Translations under genes and position numbers: made by a program
Part shown: positions 22,432-33,528 of the stretch, in pieces
Layout of the letters: the number at the start of each line of letters is the position of its first letter
Position numbering within the stretch: the stretch's first letter is position 1
The notes under the pieces: model-generated
The model's database searches: none
What the model was told of the DNA's origin: nothing
The model's input: the letters and a program-made list of their open reading frames with translations, nothing else
Assembly (NCBI GenBank): GCA_028280345.1
Contig: JANQLY010000023.1
Coordinates: 196,201-260,200, forward strand
From: Pseudomonadales bacterium
GTDB taxonomy: Bacteria; Pseudomonadota; Gammaproteobacteria; Pseudomonadales; UBA7239
Direction: 5' to 3'
Length of the DNA: 64,000 nucleotides

Positions 22432-25431
22432 TTAAAGACCATTGAGTAATTGTTGCGCTTCCTGTTTCTGGGCATCCTGACCTTCCTCAAGTACTTCTTC
22501 GAGGATATCTTTCGCACCGTCCTTGTCGCCCATATCAATATAAGCACGAGCCAGATCAAGCTTGGTGGCAGCCTCATCGGCATCGGCAAGGAAGTCAAAC
22601 TCCTCGTCGAGTTCGGTATCTGCCGGTGTCGGCTCATCCTCTACTGGTCCCTTCTCCTCAGCAGCGGGCTCAGGTTCGGCAACCGGTTCCGGTACAGGCT
22701 CTTCTGCAACACTGTCGAGATCCAGCTCAGGGCGTGTTTCTGTCGGCGCTTCACTGACATTAACCGCCGGAGAAACTGCTGTCGGAGTCTCACTAATATC
22801 CAGAGCCGGTGTCTGCAAGGTCGGTGATTCACTGATACTTACTGAAGGCGACTCCGCGGTCGGTGCTTCGGAAGGCTCGTCCAGACCAGACAGGTCAAGA
22901 TCAAAGTCATCCTCTGCTGTCGCTGCCACTTCCGGTTCTGGCTCACTGAGGTCTTCGCTCAGGTCGAGGTCGAAATCCAGATCACTATCAAGGCTGGCAT
23001 CTTCTGTTGTCGCCGCATCCTCGGTCTCTTCGCTGAGATCGAGGTCAAAATCTGTCTCTGCAGGTTCTTCGCTCACATCGGCACTCAGATCACCGTCGTC
23101 GCTGAGATCCAGATCGAGGTCAAAATCATCATCTGCCGCTGTATCAGCATCACTACTATCGAGGTCGAGATCAAGGTCGAGCCCCAGGTCTTCTTCAATG
23201 GCCTCTGACGGATCGTCTTCAATACCGTCAAGATCCAGATCAAAATCACCATCATCAGCTGCGGCCGGACTCTCACCTGCAGCAGGTAAGTCAACACCGG
23301 AAGCGCCATCAATTTTGCCGCGGAGTTCCTGAGCGCGTTCAATCGCACCGGCATCACCGAGGCCGGACAATTCCTGATACTGAGCATCAAAGGACTGCAG
23401 ATTCTGTTCTTCCGCATGAACTTCAAGCAACTTGAGGCGCAGATCGGTACGTCCGGGTTCCGCCGCAATCGCCGTCTTCAGCAAACTTTCTGCCTTGTCA
23501 TAGTTACCGAAAGAGATATAGATGTCCGCTTCACCGAGCACATCACCGGTTTCAGCTTCCGCCGGAGCCTCTTCTTCAGCAGGCTCTGCACTCTCGCCAT
23601 CTTCGTCATCCGTATCAAACATTGCATCGAGATCACTGAAATCTTCATCATCACTGCTGCTATCACTGTCATCAGCACCTTCAAGCAGATCATCAAAATC
23701 CAGTTCGTCCTCTTCTTCAGCGCTGCTACCACCACGGCTACGTAATTTCAGGGCAACCACTACCAGCACCAACAAGGCGAGGATAGCGCCGGCAATCACA
23801 ATCAGGTTATCCATGAGCATGCCGACAATGCCACGATCTTCTGGCTGAGCAGGAGGTGTTTCGTCGATAATCGCTGTCGGCTCTACCGGAGTAGTCTCAA
23901 CAACAGTTTCTTCAACAACTACCTCGTCGGTCACCTCGACCGGCTCCTCATACACACTTTCTGTATCAACGACTTCTTCTTCAAGCGCCGTATCTTCTAC
24001 CGGAATGCCATCACTCACCTGTCCAGCCATTGCGGCTTCCAGAGCTTCAAGTTCGCTATTGCGCACTTCCAGCATCTGTTCCATGGTTTCAATCTGATCA
24101 TCCAGTTCGCTAATCGCGCCACTGATCTCGCGCTCTTCGCGCTTATGGCGATCCAGCTCTTCCATCGAGATAACCAATTCATTTTGCAGGGCTTCCGTAC
24201 TACCTTCTTCAAGACCGCTACCTTTACCCGCCATGCTGCCGTCGGATTCGCCCGGCACAGATAGTTTCAGGTGACCTTCTTCTTCATCCACCACAGTTTC
24301 ACTGAAGTCCACCTCGCGAGTCGTCGCATCGAGCTGCTCCGCTTCAGGTGCCTTGCGGCCATCCGGATCACCGGACCATTCAATATTCTGGCGACGTACT
24401 TCGGAGAAAGCTTCACGGTTGGTAATATCGGTAATCTGGTCCCGGGTCGGCATGCGCAGCACACGACCTTTCTTGAGCAGGTTGATATTGCCGTCAATAA
24501 AGGCTTCCGGGTTCAGGCGCTGAATCGCCAACATAGTTTGCTGTACGCTGACACCAGCATCAGGGCGATGGCGGCTGGCAATAGTCCAGAGATTATCTCC
24601 GGCCTGAACAGGGCCATATTCACCTTCACTATAGCTGCTTGAATACACCGGAATCGAAGATTCATAGGTAGGCTGCGGCTCAGGCTCAACGGCTGGCATA
24701 GGCTCAGGTTCTACAACCTGCTCCTCAACCATTTCCACCGGTGCAGCCTCCTCTACCGGGGCTTCTTCTACCGGCGCTTCTTCATAGCCGAGTTCCTCAA
24801 CAGGTGGCTCCGGCACATCTTCTGTCTCAATAACGGTTTCTGCGACTGCTGTTTCTTCAGCCTCTGCATAGGCAGGCGGCGCCGGAGGGCGGGCCGTCAC
24901 AGAAGTGGTTTCAAGGGCCTGAAGCTCTGCTTCAAGTTCAGCGATGTCCAGAGGTTCGGGCTCAGGCTTCGCAGGCGGGGGAGCCATACGGGTTTCCGTG
25001 CCGCGGATTGCACGCGCACTGGAATGCTCATCAGCATAAACCGGCAGATCCATAAGCAACGTGTATTCACGCAGCAAACGGCCATTAGGCCATTGAATTT
25101 CAAGTAAAAAGTTCAGGTAGGGTTCACGTACCGGGGTTTCCGTGCTGACGCGAACAATCGGCCCCGTTTCATTGTCGAGTTCGAGGGAAAAACGCAAACT
25201 GGTAAGGAAAAAGGCACGTTCTACGCCGGCAGCTTCGAAATCTTCTTTCGGGGCAAGATTAACAAGAATCTCGTTTTCGCTGAGGTTATTAACCTGCAAG
25301 AGCTCAATTTCAGCATCCAGTGGCTCATTAAGTGGTGTTTTGAGCTTGATTTCCCCAAGACCTATTGCGAAAACCTGGCTCGACACCATTGAAGCCAATA
25401 CAAACAATATTAATTTTACTTTATGAAACAT
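22432..25431 (-). CDS. fimV: FimV/HubP-family peptidoglycan-binding protein
   Basis: 999 aa: signal peptide; LysM motif (YGPVQAGDNLWTIASRH); TM; very long acidic DFDLDLS-type repeats; C-terminal TPR-like segment. Conserved truA-fimV-asd-leuB context. Confidence 0.75.
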   Translation of the reverse strand: MFHKVKLILFVLASMVSSQVFAIGLGEIKLKTPLNEPLDAEIELLQVNNLSENEILVNLAPKEDFEAAGVERAFFLTSLRFSLELDNETGPIVRVSTETPVREPYLNFLLEIQWPNGRLLREYTLLMDLPVYADEHSSARAIRGTETRMAPPPAKPEPEPLDIAELEAELQALETTSVTARPPAPPAYAEAEETAVAETVIETEDVPEPPVEELGYEEAPVEEAPVEEAAPVEMVEEQVVEPEPMPAVEPEPQPTYESSIPVYSSSYSEGEYGPVQAGDNLWTIASRHRPDAGVSVQQTMLAIQRLNPEAFIDGNINLLKKGRVLRMPTRDQITDITNREAFSEVRRQNIEWSGDPDGRKAPEAEQLDATTREVDFSETVVDEEEGHLKLSVPGESDGSMAGKGSGLEEGSTEALQNELVISMEELDRHKREEREISGAISELDDQIETMEQMLEVRNSELEALEAAMAGQVSDGIPVEDTALEEEVVDTESVYEEPVEVTDEVVVEETVVETTPVEPTAIIDETPPAQPEDRGIVGMLMDNLIVIAGAILALLVLVVVALKLRSRGGSSAEEEDELDFDDLLEGADDSDSSSDDEDFSDLDAMFDTDDEDGESAEPAEEEAPAEAETGDVLGEADIYISFGNYDKAESLLKTAIAAEPGRTDLRLKLLEVHAEEQNLQSFDAQYQELSGLGDAGAIERAQELRGKIDGASGVDLPAAGESPAAADDGDFDLDLDGIEDDPSEAIEEDLGLDLDLDLDSSDADTAADDDFDLDLDLSDDGDLSADVSEEPAETDFDLDLSEETEDAATTEDASLDSDLDFDLDLSEDLSEPEPEVAATAEDDFDLDLSGLDEPSEAPTAESPSVSISESPTLQTPALDISETPTAVSPAVNVSEAPTETRPELDLDSVAEEPVPEPVAEPEPAAEEKGPVEDEPTPADTELDEEFDFLADADEAATKLDLARAYIDMGDKDGAKDILEEVLEEGQDAQKQEAQQLLNGL

Positions 25432-25590
25432 AGACTTATCCTGATATCCGCCAACGCTAATACCTATGCTTGTTTTTGAATGAATCCCCGATTCATCCCC
25501 CCCAATAACCCAACTGTAGGCAAGGTCGCCCTAGACTTTACCGGAAATTACAGTTAAAAGCTAGAATAAACCTTTACTAAGTGACGTAAG

Positions 25591-26619
25591 TTACCATTTT
25601 AGATAGCTTTTTAGCAACTCTTCCGCAATCTGGATGCTATTCAGTGCCGCCCCTTTTCTCACATTATCAGACACGACCCAAAGGTTGAGCCCCCGATCAC
25701 AGGAAATATCCTCGCGAATACGGCCCACAAATACCGGATCTTCGCCCGCAGAATCCCCCACCGCTGTTGGATAGCCACCATCAGCACGCTCATCCATGAC
25801 AACAATGCCTGGCGCCTTGCTCAATAATTCACGGGCTTGTTCAGCAGAAATTTTATCCCGGGTTTCTATATGTACAGCTTCAGAGTGACCATAGAATACC
25901 GGCACCCGCACACAAGTCGGATTAACAGTGATATTGTCATCTTCAAATATCTTGCGTGTCTCCCAGACCATTTTCATTTCTTCTTTTGTGTATCCATTGT
26001 CCTGGAATGCATCAATATGGGGCAACGCATTAAAGGCAATTTGTTTTGGATACACATTGCAGTCTGCCGGCTGACCATTAAGCAAGCTCGCAGTTTGTGA
26101 AGCAAGTTCTTCAATCGCATCCTTGCCAGTGCCAGACACCGCCTGATATGTAGCTACATTAATGCGTTCGATACCCACTGCATCGTAGATTGGTTTCAAT
26201 GCAACCAGCATCTGAATCGTGGAACAATTCGGGTTCGCAATAATATTGCGATTGGTATAGTTCGCGATCGCATGCGCATTCACCTCGGGAACAATTAAAG
26301 GAATGTCATCGTCATAACGAAACTGCGACGTATTATCAACAACGACACAGCCCGCCTCTCCGGCTTGCGGCGCATAAATAGCAGAAACACTTGCACCGGG
26401 TGAGAACAAACCAATCTGCACTTTGGAAAAATCAAATTCGGCAAGGTTTTCCACCATCAAGGGCTTGTTTTTAAACATCACTGTAGAACCTGCTGAGCGC
26501 TCACTAGCCAACGGGTAAAGAGTACCCACAGGGAAGTCCCGTTCTTCAAGAATGGACATCATGGTTTCACCAACAGCGCCAGTAGCACCGACTACAGCAA
26601 CATCTACGGTCTTGCTCAT
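25591..26619 (-). CDS. asd: aspartate-semialdehyde dehydrogenase
   Basis: N-terminal NAD-binding fold (VAVVGATGAVG). 342 aa. Confidence 0.9.
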   Translation of the reverse strand: MSKTVDVAVVGATGAVGETMMSILEERDFPVGTLYPLASERSAGSTVMFKNKPLMVENLAEFDFSKVQIGLFSPGASVSAIYAPQAGEAGCVVVDNTSQFRYDDDIPLIVPEVNAHAIANYTNRNIIANPNCSTIQMLVALKPIYDAVGIERINVATYQAVSGTGKDAIEELASQTASLLNGQPADCNVYPKQIAFNALPHIDAFQDNGYTKEEMKMVWETRKIFEDDNITVNPTCVRVPVFYGHSEAVHIETRDKISAEQARELLSKAPGIVVMDERADGGYPTAVGDSAGEDPVFVGRIREDISCDRGLNLWVVSDNVRKGAALNSIQIAEELLKSYLKW

Positions 26620-26678
26620 TATCTCTTAACCTGCCTTACTCATTAATTACACCCATGCACATCTATCTGCATCATCTA

Positions 26679-27758
26679 TCAAAGTGCTGCAACCACGGCC
26701 TTTCCCATGTCTGCCGTGGAAACACGCTGCATCCCTTCTGAAAAAATATCTGCGGTGCGCAGATTTTGATCCAGCACCTGACTCACAGCCTGCTCAATCG
26801 CTGCTGCCGCTTCACCAGCACCGAGGGAATAGCGCAACAACATCGCTACAGACAAAATTGTTGCCAGCGGATTGGCTATGCCCTGCCCTGCAATATCCGG
26901 AGCCGAGCCATGGCATGGCTCATACAAACCCTTGCTGTTCTTATCCAACGATGCCGATGGCAACATGCCGATAGAGCCGGTTAACATCGCTGCTTCATCA
27001 GAAAGGATATCACCGAACATATTACCGGTGACAATCACATCAAACTGTTTCGGTTCACGCACCAGTTGCATTGCAGCATTATCAACATACATATGGCTTA
27101 ACTCTACTTCCGGGTATTCCTTTGCCAGCTCTTCCATCACCTCACGCCACAACACCGTCACCTCAAGTACATTCGCCTTGTCGACAGAGCAAACCCGTTT
27201 GTTGCGCTTCATTGCCGACTCAAATGCAAGACGTCCGATACGCAAGATTTCACTTTCAGCATAACGATAGGTGTTAAAACCTTCTCGCTCACCCTGCTCA
27301 TTGTTATGCACGCCGCGAGGTTGACCAAAATAGATACCGCCAGTCAGCTCACGCACAATCAGAATATCAAGCCCTGCTACAATCTCGGGCTTGAGCGACG
27401 AGGCATCGGCGAGCTGCGGATAAAGTATTGCCGGGCGTAAATTGCCAAATAGCTCAAGGCGTGAACGTATCGCAAGCAAGCCTTTTTCCGGACGAATCGC
27501 CGTATCAAGTTCATCCCATTTCGGGCCGCCAACAGCTCCGAGCAAAATGGCATCTGCCTGTTCCGCTTTGGCATGGGTTTCATCAGGATACGGTACGCCA
27601 TGTGCATCAATCGCTGCGCCACCAATCAGGGCGTGCTCAAGCTCAAGGCCGAGCTGGAACTTGTCATTCGCCAGGCGCAGCACTTTCTCCGCCTCGCTGA
27701 CGATCTCCGGACCAATGCCATCACCGGGCAGAATCAGAACAGTTTTTGCTTCACTCAC
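26679..27758 (-). CDS. leuB: 3-isopropylmalate dehydrogenase
   Basis: Isocitrate/isopropylmalate dehydrogenase family. 359 aa. Confidence 0.9.
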   Translation of the reverse strand: MSEAKTVLILPGDGIGPEIVSEAEKVLRLANDKFQLGLELEHALIGGAAIDAHGVPYPDETHAKAEQADAILLGAVGGPKWDELDTAIRPEKGLLAIRSRLELFGNLRPAILYPQLADASSLKPEIVAGLDILIVRELTGGIYFGQPRGVHNNEQGEREGFNTYRYAESEILRIGRLAFESAMKRNKRVCSVDKANVLEVTVLWREVMEELAKEYPEVELSHMYVDNAAMQLVREPKQFDVIVTGNMFGDILSDEAAMLTGSIGMLPSASLDKNSKGLYEPCHGSAPDIAGQGIANPLATILSVAMLLRYSLGAGEAAAAIEQAVSQVLDQNLRTADIFSEGMQRVSTADMGKAVVAAL

Positions 27759-27790
27759 AGCACACTCTCAACCAGATAAAATAAACCAAT

Positions 27791-27820
27791 AAAAAACCAC
27801 GGCATCAGAACCGTGGCTTT
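27791..27820 (-). terminator. rho-independent terminator of the AAA/SPOR gene
   Basis: Minus-strand reading aaagccacgg ttctgatg ccgtggtttttt: hairpin plus U-run. Confidence 0.5.
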
Positions 27821-27865
27821 AATGATTCCTGAATTAACGGCGGCGGATTATATCAGATAGACGTA

Positions 27866-29572
27866 CTACAGCGAATCCGCCTCAATCAGGCCGTGAATAT
27901 CCGCCATCTTGCGCGCCCATGGGGAGTGTTTTTTAATTTCGTCCGGCAGTTGCCCGGTTGCTTCAATCGCACTGGCCCGATCCGCATAGACACCATACAA
28001 CACTGAATACCAGTCCTTACCATTGCGACGAGTACGGAAATAATACAAATCACCCGTACCGCTGTATCCCGCAATAAAGTTCTCTATCGTCTTTTTCGAG
28101 CCTGCACCAAGCACCTGAATGGAATAATTACCCGGGGGTAGCGCCATGAGGAAAGCTTCATCCCCGCCGGAAGTGGGCCGCTTATCAGTTGCCACGGTAC
28201 GCGTGGGCGGCAGCGTCGACAAGCTTGCCAGTTCTACTCGCTCTACCGCTGCAACCGGTTCTGGCTCTGGATCAGGTATCGGTTCTGCTATGGGTTCTGG
28301 ATCTGCCAGGGTCTCTTCCACCTCAGCAACAGGTTTTTCCATCACTTCAGACCGTTCCTCGGTACCAGTTGTTTCCGTCTCAGGTGTTTCGGTTGATGCC
28401 AGCAAGGCCATCTGCCGATTTAAAAACTCATCGTCCTCCGCCGCAACAACTTGCGGTGAAACATCTGCAACGGTCGTTTCAGCCTCCAGCGGTTCACTTC
28501 GGGTTGTCACTACCGGCGCCACCGTTTTCTCAACCTGTTCCAGCTTTGTTTCTGTCGGCGGCGCTACTGTTTCCACAGCAGTTTTCTGTGACAGCGACGA
28601 CTTGCCATCCCCGGTAAACATACTGATGGCCTGATATGTGAGTAGAAAGACCACAATGACCACGATTACATAAAACGGCATGGTGCGACTGAAACCGGAG
28701 AAGTATTCCGCCAGTGATGTCGTAGCCGTTGCATTGTGTGCCTGCTCCCGCTTCTCCGCCTCTCGCTCCAGCGCGGCAAGATTTCCCTCTGTGGTGACAA
28801 CAATATCTTCAAACTCATCATCCTTGAGATTAAACGGCAGACGCCAGTGAATAAATTGGCGAATCTCTTCACGATTCAGCGGCTTGAGCGGAATCTCGTG
28901 AGTTGTCAGATTCTCGATATGAAAATGCTTGAGCATTTCCTTGAGGTTGTTATCGCCAGAAAGAATCAGATTCATACCACGAAATGCCCCAAGCAGCTGG
29001 ATCAGCGCATCAATCATACTCAAGGAAAAACTTTGCACATCGTCGACAGCAATAATTACCGGGCGATGGCGGCGCAAGCAATTTTCCAGGTAAGTTTGCA
29101 CACGATCAACCAGTGGCTCATTTTCAACATCGTCGAGCTCAAAACCTTTGGCCAGCGCTTCGTTCTCAATACTTTTCTGTACGTAATCAGCTACCTGATC
29201 CGGGTTATCATCATCACCACTTTCAGGATCGAGCTCAAAACCTTTGGCAATCGCTTCATAAAGTTGTATCTCTGTTTGCACCACAGAGTCAATCACACAG
29301 ATCTTGCCCTGTTTGTTTTTCAGGCGATCCTTGAGCCCGGCAAGAATGACACTACGCCCCGAGCCTTCATCACCCATAAGCATCATCAATCCGGGCTTGA
29401 ACTTACACAGATTGAAAATATGAACAAGAGCCTTGCCGCGACCGGCTTCCTTGAAAAATACATCACCGGTTTCCTCTTTACGTGAAGAGGAAACAGCAAA
29501 GTAATTGCCAAGATCGGGTGATTGTGCGCTTGCAGCCATTATCCGTTTTATTAAAATCGAGAACCAACGCAC
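27866..29572 (-). CDS. AAA ATPase (ExeA/GspA-like) with C-terminal SPOR peptidoglycan-binding domain
   Basis: Walker A LMGDEGSGRSV. TM segment. Pro/Glu/Thr-rich linker. C-terminal SPOR (YSIQVLGAG...WYSVLYGVYADRASAIEA). Internal ~90-bp direct repeat encodes duplicated A(L/I)AKGFELD. Confidence 0.6.
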   Translation of the reverse strand: MRWFSILIKRIMAASAQSPDLGNYFAVSSSRKEETGDVFFKEAGRGKALVHIFNLCKFKPGLMMLMGDEGSGRSVILAGLKDRLKNKQGKICVIDSVVQTEIQLYEAIAKGFELDPESGDDDNPDQVADYVQKSIENEALAKGFELDDVENEPLVDRVQTYLENCLRRHRPVIIAVDDVQSFSLSMIDALIQLLGAFRGMNLILSGDNNLKEMLKHFHIENLTTHEIPLKPLNREEIRQFIHWRLPFNLKDDEFEDIVVTTEGNLAALEREAEKREQAHNATATTSLAEYFSGFSRTMPFYVIVVIVVFLLTYQAISMFTGDGKSSLSQKTAVETVAPPTETKLEQVEKTVAPVVTTRSEPLEAETTVADVSPQVVAAEDDEFLNRQMALLASTETPETETTGTEERSEVMEKPVAEVEETLADPEPIAEPIPDPEPEPVAAVERVELASLSTLPPTRTVATDKRPTSGGDEAFLMALPPGNYSIQVLGAGSKKTIENFIAGYSGTGDLYYFRTRRNGKDWYSVLYGVYADRASAIEATGQLPDEIKKHSPWARKMADIHGLIEADSL

Positions 29573-29773
29573 ATATTTTTATGCAAGCATCGGTTTGAGT
29601 AAAGAAAAATTCTTTGTCCTGCCTTCACCAGTTAACCAACGGTTCCAATTCTATCACCAACGGCGAACATACCGGGTTGTTTCAACGCTTCGATACCAAT
29701 ACAGACAATCCAGATGAGGTATAGCGCGTAAGTGACTGAAAACTATAGATACCGAAACGCCCTTGAGTATTTA

Positions 29774-30109
29774 TTAAGCAATAATCAGCTTAATCACTAT
29801 CGAAATCGAGATAATAATCAGAATCACGTACCACAGCGCAGTGAAGAACACCATGGTACTGCGTACAATTTCACTCGCGCGACGAATCCAGCTTGGGCGG
29901 TGATCCGTGGAAAGATAAATCGGAATCAGTAAAGTCAGACCAAGACTCCAGGTAATACCAATAAAATACAACAACTGGTGTAGCCCTTCTCTCACCCACA
30001 GCGCTTCGAGCAAGCCACCCAGGCTAATAAATCCCACGATGCGCAGGGTATCGCGCCGCGGTAACAAACGCTGTGCTGCGCGTTCGAAAAATATCAGCAT
30101 ACCTTCCAA
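29774..30109 (-). CDS. small polytopic membrane protein (hypothetical)
   Basis: 111 aa with 3 predicted TM helices. No recognisable family. Confidence 0.3.
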   Translation of the reverse strand: MEGMLIFFERAAQRLLPRRDTLRIVGFISLGGLLEALWVREGLHQLLYFIGITWSLGLTLLIPIYLSTDHRPSWIRRASEIVRSTMVFFTALWYVILIIISISIVIKLIIA

Positions 30110-30168
30110 GGTCTACTCCCCTCTTAACGCTAAAGGTTCAGGTCATGGCCAGAAGTTATTTGACCATA

Positions 30169-31110
30169 TCACTGAAATTTCTCGCCGACAATGTCCTCGG
30201 TCAAACTCCACAAACTCTCTGCCGCCTGCTCATCCAATGCATAGGCATAGTAACCGTTACCCCCTTCACCATCAGCAACCTGTGTCGCAATCTGGCAGTC
30301 TTCCAGATATAACGCCCCGCTCTCTGCAAGTGCCGGCGACGTTGCTGCCCACACCGACGTCGCTGCACCCTGGGGAATGGTTTTCATTGTCAATGCAACT
30401 TCACCACGGGTACCTTCCATAAGATCCTGAATATCCTTATCGGTCAGATGGCGCCCCAGGTCTGTCACAATCACCCCCGGGTGCACGGCAAAACTGCGCA
30501 CACCCTTGTCACGCACACGTTTATCCAGCGCAACAGTGAACAGGGCATTCGCCGTTTTTGCCTGACCATAGGCAAGCCACTTGTTGTACTCGCGGTTTTG
30601 CCAGTGCAGATCCGAAAAGTCGACACCACCGTATTTATGTCCTCCGGAGCTGAGATTCACGACACGTGCAGTCGGTGCTTTTTCCAGCAACGGCATCAAT
30701 AAATTGGTTAACAGAAAGTGCCCTACATGACAGGCAGCAAACTGCATTTCACATCCATCTGCGGTACGCTGTAACGGACAAGCCATCACACCGGCGTTAT
30801 TGATTAATATATCCAGCTTATCCAGCTGTTCACTAATTTGCGCTGCACAGGCGCGCACAGAGTCATAATCGGTTAACTCAAGCGCCACAACAGACACATC
30901 ATTATTGCCAGTGGAAGCCTTGATACCATCCGCCGCCGTTTGCGCCTTAGTCTGGTCACGTGCCGTGATAATAACCTCGCAGCCCTTGCTCGCCAGCGCA
31001 CGTGCTGTCTCTTCACCAAGTCCGCCAGAGGCACCGGTAACCACCGCAGTTTTTCCAGCCAGATCAATATCCGCCAGCACCTCATCGGTGGTTGTTTCAA
31101 AACCGTACAT
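30169..31110 (-). CDS. SDR-family NAD(P)-dependent oxidoreductase
   Basis: TGASGGLG Rossmann motif. Retinol-dehydrogenase-like SDR. 313 aa. Confidence 0.75.
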   Translation of the reverse strand: MYGFETTTDEVLADIDLAGKTAVVTGASGGLGEETARALASKGCEVIITARDQTKAQTAADGIKASTGNNDVSVVALELTDYDSVRACAAQISEQLDKLDILINNAGVMACPLQRTADGCEMQFAACHVGHFLLTNLLMPLLEKAPTARVVNLSSGGHKYGGVDFSDLHWQNREYNKWLAYGQAKTANALFTVALDKRVRDKGVRSFAVHPGVIVTDLGRHLTDKDIQDLMEGTRGEVALTMKTIPQGAATSVWAATSPALAESGALYLEDCQIATQVADGEGGNGYYAYALDEQAAESLWSLTEDIVGEKFQ

Positions 31111-31145
31111 AACACTCTCCCACTACTTACATCCTGTTTAACCTG

Positions 31146-32855
31146 CTATTTACCTGTCGGCTGGGTAGCAATCTGTCCAACATTTGAAGCATTGCCAAGA
31201 ATACTCGGGTTCGCCAGAATCGCCGCCATACCTTCAAGCGAACTGCCACCACCATAGTTAACAACCCCCGGCACCTTGACGATATCCGGATTCTCCTTGG
31301 CGGCATCAATCGTGAGTTCGAGCGCTTTGAGATAGGCGGTTTTCTCCTGACCCAATACATCTACACGCGCCTTTTCACCTTTGGCAATTTCGATGAGTTT
31401 GAGTTTTTCACCCTCACCGAGCAAACGCATTTTCTCTTTCTGTTGTTCAGCTGCCTGTTTTTCAATCTGGGCTTTAACCAGCATCGATTGCTGATCTGCC
31501 TCGGCACGAGATTTTTCCACCGCAATACGTTGCGACTGAGCGACACGCTCTTTTTCATAAGTGACTTTTAACTGATCCGCCAGTTGTTGACGCAGTTGTG
31601 GCAGTAGCACTTCCGGCGGCAACGCGGGTTCCCCAAGGCGCACCTCCTGAATATTTACCCCGGCCTTCAAACCCTCAGGAATCAGAACCTCTTCAAGCTT
31701 GGCAACAATGTCATCGCGATGGCTAACAAAGTCGAGCGCCTTGCGCTCCTCATGACCGCCGATGGTGCGCAACAGATCGCGCAGACTGGGTGTGATCACA
31801 TTGTTTTCCACTTGCTCCAGACTACCAACCGCTGCTACAACTTTTGGCGCGAGACGCGGGCTCACCTGCACCACAATGCGCGCTTCAACCGGTACCGTCC
31901 AACCTTCTACACGAACGTTGATTGCTTTATCCGCAGCGTCTTTGGGAACCGGCACATTAAAGCTCTCCACGCTCTGCACGATCTTGCCTTCATCAGTAAC
32001 CTCAAGGTTAACCTTGCGCGTAGTGTATCCTCCCTTGTAAGTCCAGACCTGTACGCGAGTTGGAATCAGTGTACTTACATAAGCTTTCGGATTCAGGTAG
32101 TAACGTCCTGGTGTCAACGGTTCATCCCATACACCAACGCAGCCTTTCGGCACAATCGGTGTCGCCAGCTCTGCATCCGGCGCACCACCCGCTGTCTGCA
32201 AGGCTGACGGGCAGTTTGCTGTCGTTTCCACATTGGAACGAATCACCGCCACGGTTCCTGTCGGAATATCCAGGGCATTGTGAATCTGCACATCGAACAG
32301 ATAGAGATTAATACGATGGTCACCGGGTTTAAGGGTAAACAGTTGTGGACCTTTTTGCCCCCCGCCCTCGGTTAAAAAGTATTTGGCATCCAGCATTTGT
32401 TGCTCAGTGCCGTCAGCCCATTTATCGGCAATGTACTGGGTCTCACGCAGTGGCATACCGTCTTTTGCAATCAAGACACCGAGCTTACCCTCAGGTATGC
32501 GCACAATCGGCAACATCTCTATCTCGTTAATCAGGTTTATCAGCGGCTCAAAGTGAAATCCCGGCGGAATAATACGCGCCTGCGGGCCTTTCTCTCCATT
32601 TGCACCAATGATACGGCCGCTTTGTAAATCCTCACCGAGATAGATTTTTTTCAAATGCCCGGTTTGATCAGAATCGACAAACACAAACGACAGCGACACA
32701 AAGAAAAACAAGCCCAGGAAAACACTCAACACACCAAGCTTCTGTGCGTGCGACTGAATAAAACCTGGCAATTTTTCCCTGAACCCTGTGGAGCGACTTG
32801 AAAGCAGTGCAACCCCCAGCACAAAACAAACAACAGCATAAATCAGTTGTAACAT
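31146..32855 (-). CDS. SPFH/band-7 (flotillin-like) membrane protein
   Basis: N-terminal TM. SPFH core. Long C-terminal coiled coil rich in E/A/Q/K repeats. 569 aa. Confidence 0.6.
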   Translation of the reverse strand: MLQLIYAVVCFVLGVALLSSRSTGFREKLPGFIQSHAQKLGVLSVFLGLFFFVSLSFVFVDSDQTGHLKKIYLGEDLQSGRIIGANGEKGPQARIIPPGFHFEPLINLINEIEMLPIVRIPEGKLGVLIAKDGMPLRETQYIADKWADGTEQQMLDAKYFLTEGGGQKGPQLFTLKPGDHRINLYLFDVQIHNALDIPTGTVAVIRSNVETTANCPSALQTAGGAPDAELATPIVPKGCVGVWDEPLTPGRYYLNPKAYVSTLIPTRVQVWTYKGGYTTRKVNLEVTDEGKIVQSVESFNVPVPKDAADKAINVRVEGWTVPVEARIVVQVSPRLAPKVVAAVGSLEQVENNVITPSLRDLLRTIGGHEERKALDFVSHRDDIVAKLEEVLIPEGLKAGVNIQEVRLGEPALPPEVLLPQLRQQLADQLKVTYEKERVAQSQRIAVEKSRAEADQQSMLVKAQIEKQAAEQQKEKMRLLGEGEKLKLIEIAKGEKARVDVLGQEKTAYLKALELTIDAAKENPDIVKVPGVVNYGGGSSLEGMAAILANPSILGNASNVGQIATQPTGK

Positions 32856-32909
32856 CCTCGTTCTCCTCTTCTCTACTCGTCAAATACGACTGTGGTCAAC
32901 GACATCTCT

Positions 32910-33524
32910 TTAGGAGAATGGCCACCACCAACTGCTTTGATAACGTTTTTCACAGCCAGCAAGCTGTGATTGATAGCGCGCTGATCGCGCAGAAACTTTC
33001 TTTGCAATGTTTTTCAAATCGGATTTACCACTGTAGCTGCGCCGTGAGAAACCACCATGTCCTTCATGGTAAGCCAGATATAGATGATAGGCATCGTTGC
33101 GGTCAATGCCATTACGTTTGTGGCTCACGTTGTTATACCAACCGATAAAATCAATTGCATCATCAAAGTCATCCCTGTCTGCGCCTTTGTTTTTCGTTTC
33201 TTTCTGATACCACTCCCAGGTAGCATCCTTGGCCTGGGAATAACCATAGGCATCACTTTTGCGTGGCCCCGGAATAAAACCGAGAATCTTTGTGCGTTCA
33301 GGCTTGGCATCGTGCTTGAATGTGGATTCCTGATACATAAACGACATCATGATCGGAATTGGCGAGCCCCACTTATCTTGAGACTTTTTCGCAGCTTTGT
33401 ACCAGCCACCTTTCTGATCAAATATATCGCAAATATTATCGGGGTTTGTCGGCGGCAGTGTCGTACAACTACCAAGCAGCACAGCAAGCACCCCGACACA
33501 AAACAGTTTGATTGAACAACGCAT
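32910..33524 (-). CDS. lipoprotein with lytic-transglycosylase (SLT) domain
   Basis: Likely start MRCSIKL, with lipobox LLGSC. QESTFKHDAKP matches the family-1 LT catalytic E-S motif. The tracked ORF extends to 33572. Confidence 0.5.
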   Translation of the reverse strand: MRCSIKLFCVGVLAVLLGSCTTLPPTNPDNICDIFDQKGGWYKAAKKSQDKWGSPIPIMMSFMYQESTFKHDAKPERTKILGFIPGPRKSDAYGYSQAKDATWEWYQKETKNKGADRDDFDDAIDFIGWYNNVSHKRNGIDRNDAYHLYLAYHEGHGGFSRRSYSGKSDLKNIAKKVSARSARYQSQLAGCEKRYQSSWWWPFS

Positions 33525-33528
33525 ATGA

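Noticed and set aside
22562-23332. 256-aa Ser/Arg-rich ORF on the plus strand
   Set aside because: It is antisense to the acidic DFDLDLS repeat region of fimV. Low-complexity repeats generate long open frames on the opposite strand. No start context or homology.
28146-28634. 162-aa and 142-aa plus-strand ORFs
   Set aside because: They are antisense to the Pro/Glu/Thr-rich linker of the AAA-SPOR gene. Compositional artefact.
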